DNA of 54,022 bases, the filler included, from Catajapyx aquilonaris (lineage: Eukaryota), in assembly GCA_000934665.2 (NCBI GenBank). It is 3 parts of 3 records of this genome, joined end to end, with 100 filler letters (N's around TTAATTAATTAA, not from the genome) between each part and the next. Parts side by side here need not be neighbours in the genome. Positions count along the whole stretch, not along the records: positions 36,071 to 54,022 come from JYFJ02006822.1; 2 more parts are not named here. One strand, written 5' to 3'. Position 1 is the first letter of the stretch. Each line of letters opens with the position of its first letter. The notes under the pieces were generated by a model. It ran no database searches and was not told where the DNA came from. It worked only from the letters and a program-made list of their open reading frames with translations. A program made the position numbers and the translations under genes. Shown piece after piece: positions 49,409 through 54,022 of this stretch.

Positions 49409-51313
49409 ATGTTGTGTACAGCTTATTTGCTGTTCTCTGTGACAATGGTAGTGACATGCATTAACATAACAATGGACATCGACAAACACATGGTTGTGGC
49501 CAAATTGGCTGAAAATCTGGAGCCAAATTGTGCATTGGATGTGACTACAAACCTGCCATTCTTCAGCCAGTCAGTTCAGAACCTTCTGAAGTCACGAGTC
49601 GGACTGTATTTGCCCATACTAGTGGTCAACATGACATCGTTTATCCACCGGTACGACGCCTATCCTGAGCTGACAAGTCACACGCAGCTGTTGGACTACC
49701 GGACTGTCCCTCCAGCATTGTTGTCCAGGTTGTGGCATGGAGTCAAATGCACTTTGCACCTCATAATGCCCCAAGATCCACTGTCTTTTGCTGAACTTCT
49801 TATACACACTGCATCAATCGTGAGAGTCGTACCTGGAGAAGACAGGTTCATCCTCCACTTTGAATCTGGATCAAACCTTGAGAGACACAAGGTCGTGACC
49901 TCACCTCCTGGAGACGCTCTGAGGCTAAAGGTCATCACAAGTACTCATGAAGGTAGCCTTCTAATGGAGCAAACCTGCTTCTTCTGCGGTGACAATGGTA
50001 CCCAAATGGTGCAGGACCTTGGACACTACCCCAACAATGTGGAAATATTCAGCAACAAACTGGAGGATATGAACAGAAAGAAGGTCAGAGTTGGCACATA
50101 TCTTGATGTGTTTTTCGAAGAGGGAAGAGAGGTACTGGAAAAGTATGGGGAGATTGAAGTATCGGCGTATGCACGTGCATTGTTGTTGATGGAGACTAAG
50201 CTGAACATGCGGATGGATGTTTATATCAAGGGTGTTACTAGTGACAACACTGATTACATGTTGCCCAACGGCACTTGGGAAGGGATGTTGGGGGACATCC
50301 TGGCTGGAAAAGCTGATTTTCCGACAGCAGTGTTTCTGTCTGAGGAGACACTTCCATACATGCTGAACCCGCATCCGTATGGGTATGGGTACGGAACATT
50401 TCTAACCAGACACCCAAACGGAGTCATCAACTGCAAAGTACTCTACAGGCCATACCCTTTGGTCTTCTGGATCTGCTTTATGATCACTATTGTTCTGACC
50501 ACCATTGCAGTTCACAAACTCTCATTGTTCGAACATAGGATCAGTTTGAAGAGATCGTTTAGTCTGATCCTACGTAACATCCTGGAGCAACCCTTGCAGT
50601 TTCCACACTCCAGACGATTCCTTATACTGGCCACATCCTACTTGTTCTTTCTCATAGTGGTCATCACTGGGTACAAAGCCAAACTGGTGTCCTTTCTGAC
50701 CTGGCCTCCAAGAGAGTTCGTCCCCAAGACAATCGTTGAATTGATAGATTCCGATTGGGACGTGGGATCAGACTTCTTGCAATACGTTGTGATGAGGAAG
50801 GTCGGCCAGACTGGGAACAAACCTTCGACGATCAAGTTCCTAGATAGGATCCAAGTGATGGAGACATTCGATACCTGCCTGAACCAAACCCAGACACGGA
50901 ACATAGCCTGCATCGGTGTCAATGTCTTCATAGAGCAGAAGGAGCTTCACAAGTATGTGGATACCTCGGGTCATCTGACTGTCCGGTTCAGCGACGACCA
51001 ACTTCGTCCGACATACGTGACAACCCCGACATCTAGAGGCAACACAGGCTTGTTTCATCTCCTCCAGAACTTCTACAGGATGACCACCGAGCACTTGGAT
51101 CTCACCCACAAGTTTCTGTCAGACGGTCGGTACGTCCGATTCCTTCGTCATCTGAAGGTGATACGAGCAGAGGAGATCAAGAGACAGTCTCAGGTTCTGG
51201 CAGACGAGGTGCTGACTGTTAGAAAATTGTCTGCAATATTTCGCATCTGGCTCGGGGGTCTTCTGGTGTCAGTTGTAGCCTTCATTGTTGAAATGCTTCG
51301 TCGTACCAATTAA
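49409..51313 (+). CDS. Divergent ionotropic receptor IR-F, intronless, 634 aa
   Basis: Hydrophobic signal peptide after ATG 49409; CFFC motif; PNGTWEGMLGDILAGKADF (S1); RPYPLVFW (M1); GYKAKLVSFLTWP (M2); LSAIFRIWLGGLLVS (M3). Confidence 0.92.
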   Translation: MLCTAYLLFSVTMVVTCINITMDIDKHMVVAKLAENLEPNCALDVTTNLPFFSQSVQNLLKSRVGLYLPILVVNMTSFIHRYDAYPELTSHTQLLDYRTVPPALLSRLWHGVKCTLHLIMPQDPLSFAELLIHTASIVRVVPGEDRFILHFESGSNLERHKVVTSPPGDALRLKVITSTHEGSLLMEQTCFFCGDNGTQMVQDLGHYPNNVEIFSNKLEDMNRKKVRVGTYLDVFFEEGREVLEKYGEIEVSAYARALLLMETKLNMRMDVYIKGVTSDNTDYMLPNGTWEGMLGDILAGKADFPTAVFLSEETLPYMLNPHPYGYGYGTFLTRHPNGVINCKVLYRPYPLVFWICFMITIVLTTIAVHKLSLFEHRISLKRSFSLILRNILEQPLQFPHSRRFLILATSYLFFLIVVITGYKAKLVSFLTWPPREFVPKTIVELIDSDWDVGSDFLQYVVMRKVGQTGNKPSTIKFLDRIQVMETFDTCLNQTQTRNIACIGVNVFIEQKELHKYVDTSGHLTVRFSDDQLRPTYVTTPTSRGNTGLFHLLQNFYRMTTEHLDLTHKFLSDGRYVRFLRHLKVIRAEEIKRQSQVLADEVLTVRKLSAIFRIWLGGLLVSVVAFIVEMLRRTN

Positions 51314-51351
51314 TCGCTTTGTTTTTGCGGTAAATAATGCAGTGGAGAACA

Positions 51352-51510
51352 ATGATCTTCTGAAGATAACATGATGTTGTGAAGATAACATGATCTTCTG
51401 AAGATAACATGATCTTCTGAAGATAACATGATCTTCTGAAGATAACATGATCTTCTGAAGATAACATGATCTTCTGAAGATAACATGATCTTCTGAAGAT
51501 AACATGATCT
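51352..51510. repeat. 19-bp near-palindromic minisatellite (~8 units) just after the IR-F stop
   Basis: GAAGATAACATGATCTTCT repeated almost perfectly. Confidence 0.92.
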
Positions 51511-52731
51511 TGATAACTCGTTACTTTCCTCTTTAGGATCTTTTCAAACTTCTCTTCAAGAAGAGATCTGGAGAATGTTCAAGATCGCAACAAAGTGTTT
51601 AATTGACACACCAACGTGGTGCAATTGCGATTGAGGATGATTTTCATGAACGTTTTAAAGTGTTGAACAATTTAGCATCGACAATAATACATTTCGTGTC
51701 GTGCTAGTATGCCACCGGGCCCAATATAAATAATTCAGCATTATTTGCCATGGAAACTGTGACGGAACTGTCGAGATATTGCTGGCAGTTTCCGAACACT
51801 ACTTGGTAAGACTGGTGTTTAGTGCGATGAAGGGATATGAAGTAATTAGGGGGCAAATTATTGAGCGGATACCTGAGTGTACATAGAACTTGAAGAAATT
51901 GATTAGTTGGGATAATTTGATGTGCGGGACGATCAGAGTCATTGTGGTCGCAATTGAGTCAGGAAGTAATTATGAAATGCAATTCAAATGCAAATTATGA
52001 TGAAATCAGTGACGTACATTTTCCTACAAAATCCTACATTTTGAGTAGGACCTACTCAAAAATTAGTGCAGTTTTAGAACTTTTCCCTGAATCAGTGGCA
52101 CATAAGACATCGGTGTGCCAATTTCAGCACTCTCAGATGTGGAAGTGTGTTAGGTAGCCAGGACAAACATACATAGATACTGATTATGTACTGTCATGTT
52201 CATAAGTACAGACATAAACAAATAGGGTGTGCGAAACTGACAGTTTGTGCCGATTAGTTGGCTTCTCATCCAGATCTGCGAAAGTCGAATAAGTCTTAGG
52301 TCTCCATCCTCTTGGGAAAATGTGTCAGTGAGCCAGCTGTTGTCATGTCAATAACACCACCTACATAATAGGGTGGTGGTGTTCTTACAAAAGTGACATA
52401 AACAACACTTGAACCATAATTACTACGCCAATCGATATGGCACGTGCAAGTCACTAAGGAGACTTAATAAGTCAGTAATCTAAGTACACACTGAATACTG
52501 AACAGTACGAAGCAGAGTATTTCAGGACTTAGGTTGTGTTGTGTACTGCACAAAATGTTGTCTACAGCGAATAATTACCGTTACTCTCCAGCACCATGCA
52601 CATACGACGCCGAAATTTGGATTGAAGCAGTGTTCAGTGTAGACTGATCCATGAGAGAAGGTTAGTCTTCATGATATCCTACACAAAATCTTGACACTTG
52701 AGAGTGTTCAAAACCATTGATTGTCTCAGTA

Positions 52732-53886
52732 ATGGACAAATTGCTGGTTGTCCTCATGATGTCCGCTGCTTTAGGACAACCGCAATTAACAAAGAGGAGT
52801 CAGGATGACCTCCAGCTGCTGACCAAACTGACCAATGAGATTCTGGTGCTGCCGGAATACTCCAACTGCTTCGTCCTGTTGTCCCGAAACGAAGTGAACG
52901 GCAGCCATCATCTGAACGAATTCATCGAAGGTCAGTGTGAATCTTACAGGCCGTCAGTCCTCTTCAACGAAGCCCATCCCAACCACGGTGGCCACCTGAA
53001 GACATGGGACCAGTACTGGGGCATATCCAAGCCGGACCAGCTGTACTCGTTCACCACCATGCCTCCGGAGATGAAGACGACCACCTTTTGGTTCGGTCAG
53101 AACTGCACCTTGAACCTCTTCGTCCTGGAGTCTCCAGAGATGCTGGCAGACCAGATTGTCCATACAGTTCCGTTTGTCAGGCTCAGAAACCTGCAGGATC
53201 CCTTCATCTTGCACTTCAAGGAAGGGGATACGGAGAAGGTTCTGTACCAACATCCTGCAGACCAGATCAAGTTCAAGATCGCAACTAGCAGGTGAGCACG
53301 TACAGGAAAAGCTTCGCCAGGCGGCGATACTTGTGCTTCTCCATTAATTTCCACCACTGCACTCTTGGTTCTATTCTCAGGAAAGACGACTACCTGACCT
53401 TGCAGACGATCTGCTTCTACTGCCTCGAAGGAGGTCACCCCACAACCTTAGACCTGCCAGAGTATCCAGGTCCTATCCGTGTCGGACCACACCTCTTTCC
53501 TGACATGACAAGACACGTGAATGGGAAGATAATACGTTTTCCTTTCTATCAAACGACGGACTACAAGACCGCACGGAGGAAACTAGAGCTGCTGGGACCT
53601 CAGTACCTGTCTGCCATTGACAGAGTAGTCCTGATCTTTGAAGATGTAAGGGGAGTTCGAGCGATTGTAATCGAGCCTGAAGTTCCCGATGGAAAGACGG
53701 ACATCCAGATGCCAAACGGGACATGGTTGGGCAACATCAAGGAGATCCTGAGTGGCAGGGTGGATGTTGGCGTAGTCTACTCAATGACCAGCCAGGTTGT
53801 TCGCTACATGGACACGTCCGCCTTAGGTCTGGACACGTACCTTACCTTCGTGACTGCCAATCCTCGACAGAGCAAGAGGTGGATAA
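52732..53886 (+). CDS. Divergent ionotropic receptor IR-G, 3'-incomplete (exons 52732-53291 and 53381 to ~53886; possible upstream mini-exon 52651-52660)
   Basis: Signal peptide MDKLLVVLMMSAALG; phase-2 intron 53292-53380; second exon reads LQTICFYC...PNGTWLGNIKEILSGRVDVG...YLTFVTANPRQSKRWI, then loses IR character. ATGAGAGAAG|GTTAGT...CTCAG (intron 52661-52729) could add MREV in frame. Confidence 0.8.
53303..53359. mobile_element. 57-bp mini-element filling most of IR-G intron 53292-53380
   Basis: TA|CAGGAAAAGCTTCGCCAGGCGGCGATACTTG...CATTAATTTCCACCACTG|CA; homologous to 35537-35593. Confidence 0.7.
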
Positions 53887-54022
53887 GGCTGAAGTTAGCG
53901 TCATCGTCAGGTCCCAAAATTGCGGCCTGCCGCGAGGCTAGCCAGGGGGCGGGGCGGTGGGGGGAAGGGGGGCGTGGCAAGACGAAAGCGTGCAGCGGGA
54001 GTCAGGCATTGAAAACACATGG

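Noticed and set aside
51352..51510. CRISPR-like array or repeat-protein ORFs (51269-51505, 51282-51467)
   Set aside because: Units are head-to-tail with no unique spacers, the context is eukaryotic and no cas genes are present; the ORFs are translations of the minisatellite.

Overview
Eukaryotic, most likely arthropod, genomic DNA. The window is three ~18-kb pieces (1-17954, 18055-35970, 36071-54022) joined by identical 100-nt N spacers that carry TTAATTAATTAA, so adjacency across them is not biological. Piece 1 holds a complete 4-exon Fer2/HLH-13-type (p48/PTF1 family) bHLH gene on + and the last five exons of SNX13 on -, convergent, with several MITEs in their introns. Piece 2 has no recognisable protein-coding exon: it is non-coding DNA with MITEs, tandem repeats and a triplicated ETS-CRE-YY1 motif module. 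Piece 3 is a dense array of seven divergent ionotropic receptor (IR) genes, here labelled IR-A to IR-G: three apparently intact, two frameshifted and two incomplete. The most notable points are a mosaic, gene-conversion-like identity pattern among the IR paralogues, intron presence/absence differences between them, an IR intron made mostly of a 57-bp mini-element that also occurs in piece 2, and in-frame alternative acceptors with competing hairpins inside the Fer2 bHLH. All calls come from reading the sequence by eye; no searches were run and the species is not determined.
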